A stretch of DNA of 64,000 nucleotides from an uncultured Gemmatimonadaceae bacterium (GCA_963761305.1 CAVXGK010000002.1:1504001-1568000); one strand, 5' to 3'; counted from the stretch's first letter, positions 41,495 to 51,778 are shown. Numbers and translations are program-made. The notes: a model not told the origin generated them from the letters alone.

Positions 41495-44132
41495 ACGCTG
41501 GCGCCGGTACCTGCGCTTCTGGGGCCCGAACGTCGACGGCGACATCGAGGACGAGCTTCGCTATCACCTCGACTTGCGAACACAATCGTTCGTCGCACGC
41601 GGGATGTCCCCCGCCGACGCGCGCCGCGCCGCACTCGAATCGTTCGGCGACCTCGACACCGTGACCGACGCGCTTCGGGAGCACGACCGCCGCACGCTTA
41701 GCCGCCACCGGAGAGCCGACATGCTCCAGGATCTCTCGCAGGATTTCCGCTACGCCGTGCGCCGACTCCGAGCCGAGCCCGGGTTCGCGGCCGCCGTGAT
41801 CCTCGTGCTCTCACTCGGCATCGGAGCCAACACGGCTGTGTTCAGCGCGATCGATGCCGCCTTCTTTCGTCCGCTGCCCTTCCCGCACGCCGATCGGCTG
41901 GTCTCGGTCGCGAACGTCAACATCCCGCTGGAGATGGCGGAGGGCCGGCCGAAGACCTCGGCATCGCTCGAGGATTTCGTCGCTGACTCGAGTACGTTCG
42001 CCCACGTCGGCGCGTACGCGAGCGGCGGGCTCAATCTCGCGGGCGGCGCCACGCCGGAACGCGTCACCATCACGTACGTCTCGTCGGGTTTCTTCGCCGC
42101 CCTCGGGCGTAGTGTTGCGCTCGGCCGCGTGCCCCTCCCGGGGGAGTTCGCGAAGAACGGACCCAAGGTGGTCGTACTGTCGCACGGACTCTGGCAGCGG
42201 CAGTTCGGCGGAGCGGAGCAGGTGCTTGGTCACACGGTCGACTTGAACAGCAAGACCTACCGTGTCGTCGGCGTGATGCCGGCAGACTTCACGTTTCCGA
42301 GCGGGACCGAGATCTGGATTCCGCTGCAGTTGCCGTTCGGCTTCGACATCATGGATGCGTTTCGGAACTACCTGCCCTCGTTCGTCGTCGCTCGGCTCGC
42401 GCCAGGCGTCACACCCGTACAGGCGGCGCAACATGCCGACGCCATTCGGCGACGCTTTGCTCCGCCCAAGGCGAACGAGACGCCGACCGGACATCTCGTG
42501 AGGCCGTTGCAGGTTGCGATGGTCGGAGACCGAAAGGCGGGCCTCCTGATTCTCGCGGCGAGCGCGCTGCTTCTCTTGTTGATCGCGTGCGCGAACGTCA
42601 CCAATCTCCTCCTCTCCCGCGCCGCGGCCCGCCAGCGGGAAATCGCGATTCGCTCGGTGCTCGGCGCGACGCGCATGCGCATCATTCGGCAGTTGACCGT
42701 CGAGAGCCTGTTGCTCGCCGGTGCCGGAGGCGCGGTGGCAATCGGCGTGGCGCTGCTTGCCGTCCGCGGTCTGGCCGCGACGCTGCCGGCGTCGCTCGCC
42801 GCGATTGCGCCACCGCAAGTCGACGGTCGAGTGCTCTCGTTCACGTTCGCGATCGCCGTTGCGACGAGCTTCGTGTTCGGCGTGGTGCCTGCGCTCGGCG
42901 CGTCGAAGCGCGACGCTGGTGAGGCGATGAAGGCCGCCGGCGCGGGGGGCGGCGGCTCACGTCGACGCACGAACGGCGCGCGCGGCACGCTGGTCGTCGC
43001 CGAGGTGGCGCTCGCCGTGATGTTGCTGGTGGGTGCGGGACTCATGATCGAAAGCCTGGACGCCCTGCTCCGAACCGATTCGGGCCTGCGCGCGGAACAT
43101 GTCGTGACCGGCCGTCTCGTGTTCTCGGGACCGCGCTACTTTGGCGTCGCACCGAAGACGGTGTTCTTCAACGACGTGCTTGACCGTCTGCGACACTCGC
43201 CTGACATCACCGCCGCCGCCGCGGTGAGCGCGTTGCCGATGGACCCCACGACCGGCATCGCATTGGGCATGGCGCCGGACGACGCGCCTGACGACACCAC
43301 GCGCCAAGGTTTTGGCTCCTATCTCATGGCGACGCCCGGCTACTTCACGACGATGGGCGTGCGCCTGCGCGGCAAAGACCTGCCCGCTGTCGCGGACACG
43401 AGTCGCCCCGTCGCCGTCATCAACGAAGCGCTGGCTCACACGCTCTGGCCGAACTCGGATGCGATCGGCCATCGCATTCGAATGGGAACGTGGACGCGCA
43501 CCGTCGTCGGCGTCGTGGACAACATTCGGACGAAAGGCCTCGACACGCCCGCGGACGGACAGATGTACTGGCCCATGTCTGAAGCATCGCAGGGCTACGC
43601 GTCCGTCGTCGCGCGCGGCACGAGCAACCCCGACGTCATGCTCGCGCGGCTGCGTGACGCCGTCCACGCCGTCGACCCAACCGAGCCGATGTACGCGCTG
43701 CAACCGATGAGCGACGTGATCGCCGCCACGGTCGCACCGCGCCGGACGAGTACGGTCTTGCTCACCCTGTTTGGCGGACTGGCCGTCGCGCTCGCCGCGG
43801 TCGGAGTGTTCGCCGTGCTCGCGTATGGAGTGGCGCAGCGCACGCGTGAGATCGGCGTGCGGGTCGCGCTCGGCGCTCAGCAGACAGACGTCCTTCGGCT
43901 CATCATGCGGGAGGGACTCGTGTTGACCGGCATCGGCGTCGTGCTCGGTTCGGCCGGCGCCTTCGCGCTCTCGAGATTCGTGAGCTCGATCCTCTACGAG
44001 GTCAGCCCGCACGACCCCGAGGTCTTCGTGGCGGCTCCAGTCGCCCTGGTCATCGTCGCGGCGGCGGCGACACTCGTGCCCGCATTGCGCGCGTCGAAGG
44101 TCGATCCGCTGACCGCGTTGCGGGCAGAGTAG
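41487..44132 (+). CDS. ADOP family duplicated ABC permease
   Basis: DIEDELRYHL prefix, DFRYAVRRL, LGIGANTAVFS, QRTREIGVRVALGA, KVDPLTALRAE. Confidence 0.94.
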   Translation: MSERWRRYLRFWGPNVDGDIEDELRYHLDLRTQSFVARGMSPADARRAALESFGDLDTVTDALREHDRRTLSRHRRADMLQDLSQDFRYAVRRLRAEPGFAAAVILVLSLGIGANTAVFSAIDAAFFRPLPFPHADRLVSVANVNIPLEMAEGRPKTSASLEDFVADSSTFAHVGAYASGGLNLAGGATPERVTITYVSSGFFAALGRSVALGRVPLPGEFAKNGPKVVVLSHGLWQRQFGGAEQVLGHTVDLNSKTYRVVGVMPADFTFPSGTEIWIPLQLPFGFDIMDAFRNYLPSFVVARLAPGVTPVQAAQHADAIRRRFAPPKANETPTGHLVRPLQVAMVGDRKAGLLILAASALLLLLIACANVTNLLLSRAAARQREIAIRSVLGATRMRIIRQLTVESLLLAGAGGAVAIGVALLAVRGLAATLPASLAAIAPPQVDGRVLSFTFAIAVATSFVFGVVPALGASKRDAGEAMKAAGAGGGGSRRRTNGARGTLVVAEVALAVMLLVGAGLMIESLDALLRTDSGLRAEHVVTGRLVFSGPRYFGVAPKTVFFNDVLDRLRHSPDITAAAAVSALPMDPTTGIALGMAPDDAPDDTTRQGFGSYLMATPGYFTTMGVRLRGKDLPAVADTSRPVAVINEALAHTLWPNSDAIGHRIRMGTWTRTVVGVVDNIRTKGLDTPADGQMYWPMSEASQGYASVVARGTSNPDVMLARLRDAVHAVDPTEPMYALQPMSDVIAATVAPRRTSTVLLTLFGGLAVALAAVGVFAVLAYGVAQRTREIGVRVALGAQQTDVLRLIMREGLVLTGIGVVLGSAGAFALSRFVSSILYEVSPHDPEVFVAAPVALVIVAAAATLVPALRASKVDPLTALRAE

Positions 44133-44162
44133 CGCGTCAACGATGACGGTGTTTATCCGACC

Positions 44163-44423
44163 ATGAATCACCCCGCGGATCGACGCGTCGGACCTGGGTT
44201 CAGAGTGCTGCTGGCCGTCATCGGAGCTGCGGCCGTGGTAGGGGCGCTGATCGTCGTGATAGCGGAGGTGCGGACCGCGATTGGCGGCGCACGGGTTGTC
44301 CCGGCGCTTTCAATCGCCGCGTTTTGCGCGGTCATCGTCGGTGGCGGTGCGCTACTGATCCGAGGTGCCCTGCGCGGTCGCATCCGATTTCGACGAATGC
44401 GACGCGAGCGCGGAGTTCGCTGA
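44163..44423 (+). CDS. Small two-TM hypothetical protein
   Basis: Two hydrophobic helices and a basic C-terminus; fills the intergenic gap in operon orientation. Confidence 0.5.
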   Translation: MNHPADRRVGPGFRVLLAVIGAAAVVGALIVVIAEVRTAIGGARVVPALSIAAFCAVIVGGGALLIRGALRGRIRFRRMRRERGVR

Positions 44424-44515
44424 CTCAGACGGAGGCTAGGCTCCGATCTCGGGTCCACCACGTGGCGCCGACACGACTGATTTCATCGGGCCGGCGCCGA
44501 TGGCGAATTTGCGCG

Positions 44516-44560
44516 AAACGAGGCGGGCCAGCGAATCTCCGCTGGCCCGCCTCGTTTTCT
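44516..44560. terminator. Bidirectional intrinsic terminator
   Basis: Perfect 18-bp stem AAACGAGGCGGGCCAGCG / CGCTGGCCCGCCTCGTTT with a 6-nt loop, between convergent genes. Confidence 0.85.
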
Positions 44561-44584
44561 CTGCGGACCGCGTAACGCGTCAGC

Positions 44585-46189
44585 TCACGGGGCGAATGTG
44601 CCCGGGGCGAACGCGACGCCGCGCAACACCTCGCCGAAAGCGGCGGCTCGGACGACGGAGAACGTCTCCTTCGCCGCGACACTCGCGTCCGTGTTGGCCA
44701 CGACATCGGTGATGCCGACGAGCAAGTTCGGATCGGCACCCTGATCACCGTTGCCACTCACCGTCGAGGTGATTCCCCAGATCGTGACTGTGCCGTCGCC
44801 GTTCACGCGGCCGGTGATGTTGCGCAGCCCGGCGGTGATCGGGTCCCACTTCACGCCCGTCGCCTCGTTCACTTGCCCCAGCGGGTAATTCGCGTCCCCA
44901 GGGAACGCGTACGTTGCACCGAGACCCAGGCCGGTCTGAAGCGTGTAGGCGAGCTTCCAGGCGCCCGCTTTCGTATCGAGGACCCATTTCTGGAGACCGG
45001 CGTGCAATGAGAGTACGCCCGCGTCGGCGAGGTTGCCGTCGCCCTCATCCGCTACATACAGGGTGGTCGAGTTGGCGAACCACACACCGAATGGAAACGC
45101 CGGCATCTGCGGGGCCTTGATCTTCGAGTTCAACGTGGTTGGGAAGCCGTTCAGGATGCACATGTTGCTCGGCAACCCGTTCGCGGCGACCGTCGACGGA
45201 TCGTAGGCGAGCGGCGCGACTGGCAGTGACGCCCCCGGCATCGGCAGGCCGGACCCGGCCGGGCACACGCCGTCCTTGGACGTGTCGATGAAGTAGACGG
45301 TGTTCACCCCGTTGCCGCCGCTGCCCTTCGTGAGGTACACGACATCATCGAAGACTGTGAGACCGCGGAAATTGTCGTCCTTTCCAACCTTGTCGGGCTT
45401 CGCGCCCAGCTGCGTGACGCTGAAGCTGCCGAGCGGGGTGGGCACATCGGGCGTCTGGGCGGCGAGGGCTTTCACTTCGGCCGGAATGAACTGTGTTCCA
45501 GCGCCGAGCACGATGTTGACCGGTTGCGGGTTTGAGCCGTTCCCCGCGTTACCGGCGGTGAAATAGGTGTTTGAGCCGTCGGTGTTGTGCAGGACCGCCG
45601 CCCGGCCGTTGTTGCCGCTGTAGGCGTTGGTTTTGGTAAAGCGGAACTTGCCCTTCGCGTCCACCTGCGCAACGAGCCGGTACGCGAAGCCCGGATCGGT
45701 GTTGGTGGCGTCGAATGCGAGTGGCGTGTTGGCGTTCGAGACGTCGACCGCGTTAATCGGGGCCAGATACCCCATGAACGTCAGTTGCTCCCCGTCCGTG
45801 GACAGGTTGAGCGCGAGCTCCGACTTCGACGAAAAGCTCGTGACCATCTGGTCCTTCGTCGGCGGAACGCCATGCTGACTGCTGTTGGGCACTTCGAGCG
45901 TGTTGACCAGGAGCCCTGCCGTCGTGATTTGGTCGAGCAGGATGCGCGAGGTCAGCCCAAAGTTCGCGTCGTTGAGATCCTGATTCCAAACGAACGGGTA
46001 GGCCTCGAACGCCGGGTTCGGCGTAAACACGCTTCTCGAGACGACGAGATTGCCCGGCTTGAAGAAATCGCTGTTGCCCTGGGCCGTCGCGGACGCGCTT
46101 CCCGCGACGCTCGCGAACGCGACACACGCGCCCGAGAGGAGGATCTTGGTTGAGGTGTGCGAACGACGATGCGACCGCTGGCGGTTCAT
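44585..46189 (-). CDS. Secreted hypothetical protein, probable beta-propeller
   Basis: Signal peptide; G/N-rich beta protein with YSGNNGRAA, KDDNFRGL, TKGSG.NG, LYVADEG.G and GLQKW motifs. Confidence 0.75.
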   Translation of the reverse strand: MNRQRSHRRSHTSTKILLSGACVAFASVAGSASATAQGNSDFFKPGNLVVSRSVFTPNPAFEAYPFVWNQDLNDANFGLTSRILLDQITTAGLLVNTLEVPNSSQHGVPPTKDQMVTSFSSKSELALNLSTDGEQLTFMGYLAPINAVDVSNANTPLAFDATNTDPGFAYRLVAQVDAKGKFRFTKTNAYSGNNGRAAVLHNTDGSNTYFTAGNAGNGSNPQPVNIVLGAGTQFIPAEVKALAAQTPDVPTPLGSFSVTQLGAKPDKVGKDDNFRGLTVFDDVVYLTKGSGGNGVNTVYFIDTSKDGVCPAGSGLPMPGASLPVAPLAYDPSTVAANGLPSNMCILNGFPTTLNSKIKAPQMPAFPFGVWFANSTTLYVADEGDGNLADAGVLSLHAGLQKWVLDTKAGAWKLAYTLQTGLGLGATYAFPGDANYPLGQVNEATGVKWDPITAGLRNITGRVNGDGTVTIWGITSTVSGNGDQGADPNLLVGITDVVANTDASVAAKETFSVVRAAAFGEVLRGVAFAPGTFAP

Positions 46190-46290
46190 GTAGGATGCTC
46201 CCTGCGCTCGGCGCGCCCGAAAGAGTGTGTGCGGGTGGGTTGCCGAGCTTATCCGCGCTGTGTGACGGCGCGGCAACGGGAACAGCGCCT

Positions 46291-46329
46291 GTTGCAACGG
46301 CCTCGTCACGATGACGAGTCCGTTGCAAC
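46291..46329. promoter_or_regulatory. 18-bp inverted repeat upstream of the 46189 gene
   Basis: GTTGCAACGGCCTCGTCA-CGA-TGACGAGTCCGTTGCAAC (17/18 match), next to AT-rich TATTAAT and the TTCACA-TAC-TGTGAA palindrome. Confidence 0.55.
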
Positions 46330-46398
46330 GTATTAATTCACATACTGTGAAGTTCTCTTTGTGCGTCGTCGGCTGTCCGCCGGCCGACAGTTTCGACG

Positions 46399-46935
46399 CT
46401 ATCGTCGCTTCTTGGCGCCGCGCGTCGCGCGCTTGGTTGGCTTGGTCGGCTTGGTCGGCTTGGTCGGCTTGGTCGGCTTGGTCGGCTTCTTCGCTGCGGC
46501 CTTGACGGCTTTGCGCGCGCTCTTCTTGGCGGCTGGCGCCTTCTTCGCCGTCGGCGCGGGCCGCGACGCCGGTCCGATCTGGTGCAGCCCGATCAGATTG
46601 TTCTCTGGATCGAGGAATCCGGCGATCCATCCCATGCCCTGACCGATCTCCTGCTTCGGCAGCGCGATGCGCGCGCCGGCCGCTTGCGCCGCCGCGAGCA
46701 TGCGATCGATCGAATCGACGCTGACGTAGTTCGTGAACGGCTGCCCCGGCATCTGCCGCTTCATCAGACCGCCGTTGATGCCCGCGTCGCCGTCCTTCGC
46801 CATCACCATGAAGTACTCCTGCCCCGGCGCGGAGGGGGCCGACTCGAACTTCCAGCCAAAGAGCTTTTGATAGAACGCCTTTGCGCGTTCGACGTCGTCC
46901 GCGGGAATCTCGAAATGCTGGATCACGTTCGGCAT
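46399..46935 (-). CDS. VOC family protein with Lys/Ala/Pro-rich histone-H1-like C-terminal tail
   Basis: HFEIPADDVERAKAFY..LFGW, GINGGL, DPENNLIGL; tail AKKAPAAKK...(KPT)6. Confidence 0.9.
   Translation of the reverse strand: MPNVIQHFEIPADDVERAKAFYQKLFGWKFESAPSAPGQEYFMVMAKDGDAGINGGLMKRQMPGQPFTNYVSVDSIDRMLAAAQAAGARIALPKQEIGQGMGWIAGFLDPENNLIGLHQIGPASRPAPTAKKAPAAKKSARKAVKAAAKKPTKPTKPTKPTKPTKPTKRATRGAKKRR
46432..46488 (-). repeat. Coding 9-bp tandem repeat (6 units, KPT)
   Basis: CTTGGTCGG x5 plus CTTGGTTGG on the plus strand. Confidence 0.92.
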
Positions 46936-46959
46936 GGCGACTTCCTCTTGGGCCTTCAC

Positions 46960-48897
46960 TCAGGGAGACAGATGACCATCTGGGACCTTCATCTTAACAC
47001 GGGCCGGTCCAACACTCGAATCGGTGAGCGTCTGCAGGAAGGCGATGACCGCGTCGCGCTCGGACGGCGTGAGGTGCAGCGAATCCGTCGCGAGCGTCTG
47101 GTTCGACAGCCGGCCCTGGGCGCCCCCACCCTCGTAGAAGTCCATCACTTGCCGAAGCGTGAGGAACGTCCCGTTGTGCATGTAGGGAGCGGTGAGGGCC
47201 ACGTTGCGAAGCGTGGGGACCTTGAAGGCGCGGATGTGGTCGGGGCGGTGGTCGATAGCGGCCCGACCGGAGTCGGCATCGAACGTTGTCGCCGTGGGTG
47301 ACGCCGGCGTGCCGATGACCTCCGCGTCCGACCCCACGTAGAGCGGCGGCGCCACGCCGCTGAACAGCGGAGCGAAGTGGCATGTACCGCACCCGGCCTT
47401 TCCCATGAACAGATTGAATCCGCGGCGTTCCTCGGTCGTGATCGCGGCTGTGTCGCCGCGCACCGCGCGATCGAAGCGCGTGCTCAGTCCGATGAGCGAC
47501 CTCTCATACGTCGCGAGCGCCTGACGGAGGCGCAGCGCGGTGACGCCAGCGGCATCTTCGGCACGATCGCCAAACGCGCGCGCGAACTGGGTTCGGTAGC
47601 TCGGATCCGCCGCCACCCTCGCCGCCGCCGTGTCGATCGAGCTCGCCATCTCCGGGCGACTGTGCAGTACAAGGATGATCTGATCCTCGAGCGCCACCGC
47701 GCGTTCGTCGGCGAACTGCGCCGGCTGGAGTGCGGCGTTGATGAGCGTCGGCGTGTTGCGGGGCACGCGCAATCCCGGCTCGATGCCGGCCGGCGTTTGG
47801 CGCCCGTCGGTGAAGGCACGCGACGGGACGTGACACGACGCGCAGCTTCGTGTTCGCGGACCGGAGAGACGCGGGTCCGTGAACAGCCGCTCACCCAGCG
47901 CGATCATCGCCGGCGATGGCGCTGGGGACGCGCGCGGAGCGTACGCGTGAACGTCGAACGCGTCGGCTGCGTACGGCGAGACCGCGGCTGCCCGCAATGG
48001 CCTCGGCATCAAGATCGGGACGACGTGTACGGCCAGCCGAAGCGAATCGAGGGCAACCGCCGCCGCATTCGCCGAACCGGCGAGGAATCCGAGCCGGTCG
48101 AAGGCCGCGAAATCCGGGCGCGACCTAAGGTACGCGCTCGCCGTGGCAAGCGACGAATCCAGTCGTCGTCGCTGCGCAGATACGGCCGGCCAACGCGCGC
48201 CCACTACCATGTACAGGCGTTTGATCCCGTCCAGGGCCTCGGCCGACTCGAGCATCGCATCCTTCGAGTGAGGCGCATCGAAGCCGGCGATACCGAGCGT
48301 CGTCACGCGAACCAACTCGAGTCGCGTCGCCTCGACGACCTGCGCGTCGGTGGGTTGGAATCCCGCCGCCAACCCGCGCACGCGTCCGACGAGCGGACGC
48401 ATGCCGTCGATGATCGTGATGGCGCTGTCGGTTTGCGCGTGCGACCCCGCTCCACCGCCCCCCTTCCACAGCAACGATTCGAGCGCCGGAAACCCACTCG
48501 CGGCCAGGAACGACGGCGGCGGCGCGTCTTCGTCATCCACTTCCTGCCGTCGCGAGTTGAACGCCGCCGCGAGTGCCGGCGCGTAGAACTCGACGACGCC
48601 TTCGAGATGCTTGTATTGAGCCCGGGCGTGACGGAATACGTCACGCACCACCGGCGCCGGTTCCCCGTTGGGCGAGCCGCGCGGGGCGGTCAGGAAAGCT
48701 CGGCGCAACTGCACGAGGGATGAATCGAGCGAATCCGCCTGAGCGAGCACGAGCCGTCGCACGTCGTCGCCCGCATCACCGCGTCGCGAGGCGCGACAGG
48801 CGACGATGCCGGCGCTGCCCAACGCGAGAACCGCCGCGGCCAGGATTGCGCCGCGGCGGCTCGCCAATCGGGAGGACTCCCCGCCTCCCGCAATCAC
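46960..48897 (-). CDS. Di-heme cytochrome c peroxidase/MauG-family protein with N-terminal helical domain; lipoprotein
   Basis: LGERLFTDPRLS, CASCH, RNTPTL.N, CGTCH, FKVPTLRN, PYMHNG; IVAC lipobox. Start approximate (GTG 48897). Confidence 0.88.
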   Translation of the reverse strand: MIAGGGESSRLASRRGAILAAAVLALGSAGIVACRASRRGDAGDDVRRLVLAQADSLDSSLVQLRRAFLTAPRGSPNGEPAPVVRDVFRHARAQYKHLEGVVEFYAPALAAAFNSRRQEVDDEDAPPPSFLAASGFPALESLLWKGGGGAGSHAQTDSAITIIDGMRPLVGRVRGLAAGFQPTDAQVVEATRLELVRVTTLGIAGFDAPHSKDAMLESAEALDGIKRLYMVVGARWPAVSAQRRRLDSSLATASAYLRSRPDFAAFDRLGFLAGSANAAAVALDSLRLAVHVVPILMPRPLRAAAVSPYAADAFDVHAYAPRASPAPSPAMIALGERLFTDPRLSGPRTRSCASCHVPSRAFTDGRQTPAGIEPGLRVPRNTPTLINAALQPAQFADERAVALEDQIILVLHSRPEMASSIDTAAARVAADPSYRTQFARAFGDRAEDAAGVTALRLRQALATYERSLIGLSTRFDRAVRGDTAAITTEERRGFNLFMGKAGCGTCHFAPLFSGVAPPLYVGSDAEVIGTPASPTATTFDADSGRAAIDHRPDHIRAFKVPTLRNVALTAPYMHNGTFLTLRQVMDFYEGGGAQGRLSNQTLATDSLHLTPSERDAVIAFLQTLTDSSVGPARVKMKVPDGHLSP

Positions 48898-48898
48898 A

Positions 48899-49966
48899 CT
48901 ACTTCCACGTGATCTCGACCGAGTCGCGCAGCGTGGTCGCGCCAGTGGGCGCCTGCGTGTATGTCGCGGCAGGCACATCTCGACCGTAGCTCTTCGAGAA
49001 GACCCGGCCGCTATTCGTAACGGTGATTAGCGTGTATCCGAAGTACGTTCCCGTGTGGGTGAGAGTCAGGTCGGCCGTGGCGTCGATCGGCGTGCCGCCG
49101 TTCCCGTTGATGATCATCCACGTATGCCCGGTCGGCTGGCTGCGGTAGTAGACGTGGTTGTGCGCCGAGAACATGCCTTCGACCTGGTTGTTGTTGAGCG
49201 ACGTCCAGAAGGCATCGCGCGCCACTTGATCCATCACCAGCCCGTCGGTCGGCACCGTCGGGTACGGATACGCCGGCTTGTGCGCGATGACGAAGATGTG
49301 CTTGGCCCCCTTCGAACGGGCCGCGGCGAGATCGCTCGCGACCCAGGCGTTCGGCACGTGCCAATCCTTGCCGACCGGATCGGTGTTGAGTGCCAGGAAA
49401 TGAGCGTCCTTGAAGTCGAACGAATAGCTCAAGTGACTCTGGTCACTCTGCAACGAATCGGGGCCGCCGATACCCGGGCCGTTCCCGCCGCGCGTGATGT
49501 AGGCCGCCATGTCGCGTAGCCACGTTCGCTCGCCCGGCGGATACGCGATTTTCGCGAGGTTGTCGGTTTCGTGATTGCCCGGCAGCGTGATCAGCTCGAT
49601 GCCCGAGGCCGGCAACGGCGACGCCTGGTACAGCGAGATCCAGCCCTTCAACTCGCGATCGACCACGGTGCTGTCGTTCGTATAGCCGAAGACGAGGTCA
49701 CCGGCAAAAAACAAGAAGTTCGGCTTCGGGGTGATCGCTGCCACGTCGGAGAAGGTGCGGTTCAGCTCCTGTACGTTCGCGGTGCTGACAACACCGAGGG
49801 ATTCCGTGGCCGCGACTCGGTTGCAGCCGAGGATCACGAACGAATAGGCCACACCGTTCGGATCCAGGGTGGGACCCGTAGACGAATCGGATGAGCAGGA
49901 GACAGCGACGACGACGACGGCGACCGCCATGGCTGCCATGGCGATAATGCGGGTTGGCGCGGTCAT
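48899..49966 (-). CDS. Calcineurin-like metallophosphoesterase lipoprotein
   Basis: GCNR (variant first motif), AGDLV, PGNHE, AHKP, SAHNH; VSC lipobox. Confidence 0.85.
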   Translation of the reverse strand: MTAPTRIIAMAAMAVAVVVVAVSCSSDSSTGPTLDPNGVAYSFVILGCNRVAATESLGVVSTANVQELNRTFSDVAAITPKPNFLFFAGDLVFGYTNDSTVVDRELKGWISLYQASPLPASGIELITLPGNHETDNLAKIAYPPGERTWLRDMAAYITRGGNGPGIGGPDSLQSDQSHLSYSFDFKDAHFLALNTDPVGKDWHVPNAWVASDLAAARSKGAKHIFVIAHKPAYPYPTVPTDGLVMDQVARDAFWTSLNNNQVEGMFSAHNHVYYRSQPTGHTWMIINGNGGTPIDATADLTLTHTGTYFGYTLITVTNSGRVFSKSYGRDVPAATYTQAPTGATTLRDSVEITWK

Positions 49967-50054
49967 TGAGGCTCTGGTGAAGGCGTGAAGGTTGTCGAAC
50001 AAACGCGACCGTTCCACACGCTATTCGCCAAAGTCGACGTCGGTGTGACGAAGA

Positions 50055-50071
50055 GTCACACAGTCGTCACA
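50055..50071. promoter_or_regulatory. Pho-box-like 11-bp-period direct repeat
   Basis: GTCAC-ACAGTC-GTCAC upstream of the metallophosphoesterase. Confidence 0.6.
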
Positions 50072-50103
50072 ATCGCGGCGAGCACGCCGCATGGTCTCGC
50101 GAG

Positions 50104-51717
50104 CTACTTCCGGTCCGCGGCATGCACGGGGCGGCCGATCACCTCGGGAATCGCCGAACCGTCGAGGCGCTCCGTGGGCTTCACACCGATCAATGCGGCG
50201 AGCGTCGGCGCGATGTCCACCGTCCGCACCAGCCGCTCGTGGCGACCGGGCGGAATGCTCGCGGCGATGAAGGAGATCGGCACTGACAAGGTCAGCGCGC
50301 TCGGAGTCCCGTGCTCCGCAGTCGATTTCCCCGGCGACCAGATGAATCCGGGCTTGGTCGCGAACACGGCGAGATACCCGAGACTCGGCGGAAGGCTGCG
50401 GCGCCAGCGCACCGCCGCGCTGTCGGACGACGTCGCCAGCGTCGCCGCGGTGAACCCGGCGCGCACGCCCGCTCGCTTTGTGGCTTCGGCGACGATCGCC
50501 GAGGCGAGACTGTCGGCGTTGATGCCGCGCGCGCGCAGCGCCCCGACGTCGCCGAACATCAAGCCATTGTCGAAGTCGATGCTGAAATCCGTCGCGTACC
50601 GCGCCTCGAGCTCTTGCTCGACGGTGCTCGAGATGTCGCTGAGCCAGATGCGGCCGCCGTGCCCCGTCTTCGGCACCTCGAGCTCCGGAAGCGGCGCCAC
50701 ACCGTGGTCGCCCGTCAGCGCGTAGATGATGCGCGCGGACGGCACTTCCTGTTCGAGCGCGCGCATGAACTGTCCGAGCCACCGGTCGACGCGCAGCACC
50801 TGGTCGTGGATCTCGCGCGAGTCGGGTCCGAAGGCGTGTCCAATGGCGTCGGTCGTGGAAAGCGAGATGGACAAGAGATCCGGCATCGTGTTCGGTCCGG
50901 ACGACGCGAGCTGCCGCTTGCCGATCCCGGTGCGTCTCACGCCCTCGAGCGCGAACGCCAACGTGACCGAGTCCATCTGAGGATATGACTGTAGTTTCGC
51001 CGCGATCTGCGACGCCGGCGGCAACACATGAGGAAACACGAAATCGGTGCCCGCATTTTCGACCCACACCGAATCGGGCTCGGGATACTGGTCGGCCGGC
51101 AGCAGAAGATCCCATTTCTGCCCCGCCAGCCGCTCGAGGTGGAGCGTGTCGTCGAACGCCCGAACCCAGGTCGGCAGCGTGTCGGCGTAGTAGCGGCTCG
51201 TGGTGAATTTTCCGTCGGAGAACCAATACACGTCGCCGCGCGCGCGGCCGACGGTGAGAATCGCGCCACGATCCTTGCGCGACACGGAGAGCACGCGCAC
51301 TTCGGGATCACGCACGCGCATCCAATCGTAGAGCGTCGTGCCGACGAACCGGCGAGGCGATGCGCCGATCGCGTTCGATCCGATCAGCGGCGAGAGCTCG
51401 TCCGGTACGCCGCGGTTGTTCGAGATGATTTCCGTGTGCACCGGCTCGCGGCCCGACAACATCGTCGCATGCCCGGGCGCGGTCTCGGTGATCGAATGAT
51501 CCTGCCACGCGTGCGGGAAGAAGGCCGAGTTGTTTCGGAATCGTGCCAGGCCGCCGGTCAACTGCGACGAAAAGCGGTCTAGATAATCGCCGCGGAACTG
51601 ATCGACGGCGATGAAGACGACGAGCGCCGGTCTCTCACTGCGACCGGCGGTCTGCGCATGCGCGGTTGGCGATGCGTGGGCAAGGACAACGAGTGTGGCG
51701 GCGGCGGAGAGACGCAT
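50104..51717 (-). CDS. Alkaline phosphatase family protein (PafA-like)
   Basis: VDQFRGDYL, TETAPGHAT (Thr nucleophile), SRKDRGAI, TDAIGHAFGP.S.E, TGDHG, EHG. Confidence 0.9.
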   Translation of the reverse strand: MRLSAAATLVVLAHASPTAHAQTAGRSERPALVVFIAVDQFRGDYLDRFSSQLTGGLARFRNNSAFFPHAWQDHSITETAPGHATMLSGREPVHTEIISNNRGVPDELSPLIGSNAIGASPRRFVGTTLYDWMRVRDPEVRVLSVSRKDRGAILTVGRARGDVYWFSDGKFTTSRYYADTLPTWVRAFDDTLHLERLAGQKWDLLLPADQYPEPDSVWVENAGTDFVFPHVLPPASQIAAKLQSYPQMDSVTLAFALEGVRRTGIGKRQLASSGPNTMPDLLSISLSTTDAIGHAFGPDSREIHDQVLRVDRWLGQFMRALEQEVPSARIIYALTGDHGVAPLPELEVPKTGHGGRIWLSDISSTVEQELEARYATDFSIDFDNGLMFGDVGALRARGINADSLASAIVAEATKRAGVRAGFTAATLATSSDSAAVRWRRSLPPSLGYLAVFATKPGFIWSPGKSTAEHGTPSALTLSVPISFIAASIPPGRHERLVRTVDIAPTLAALIGVKPTERLDGSAIPEVIGRPVHAADRK

Positions 51718-51778
51718 GGCGCGGCGGTGACGGTGCGATAAAGCTGCATCGACCCGCGTCCGCCGCACCGCCGTCCAC

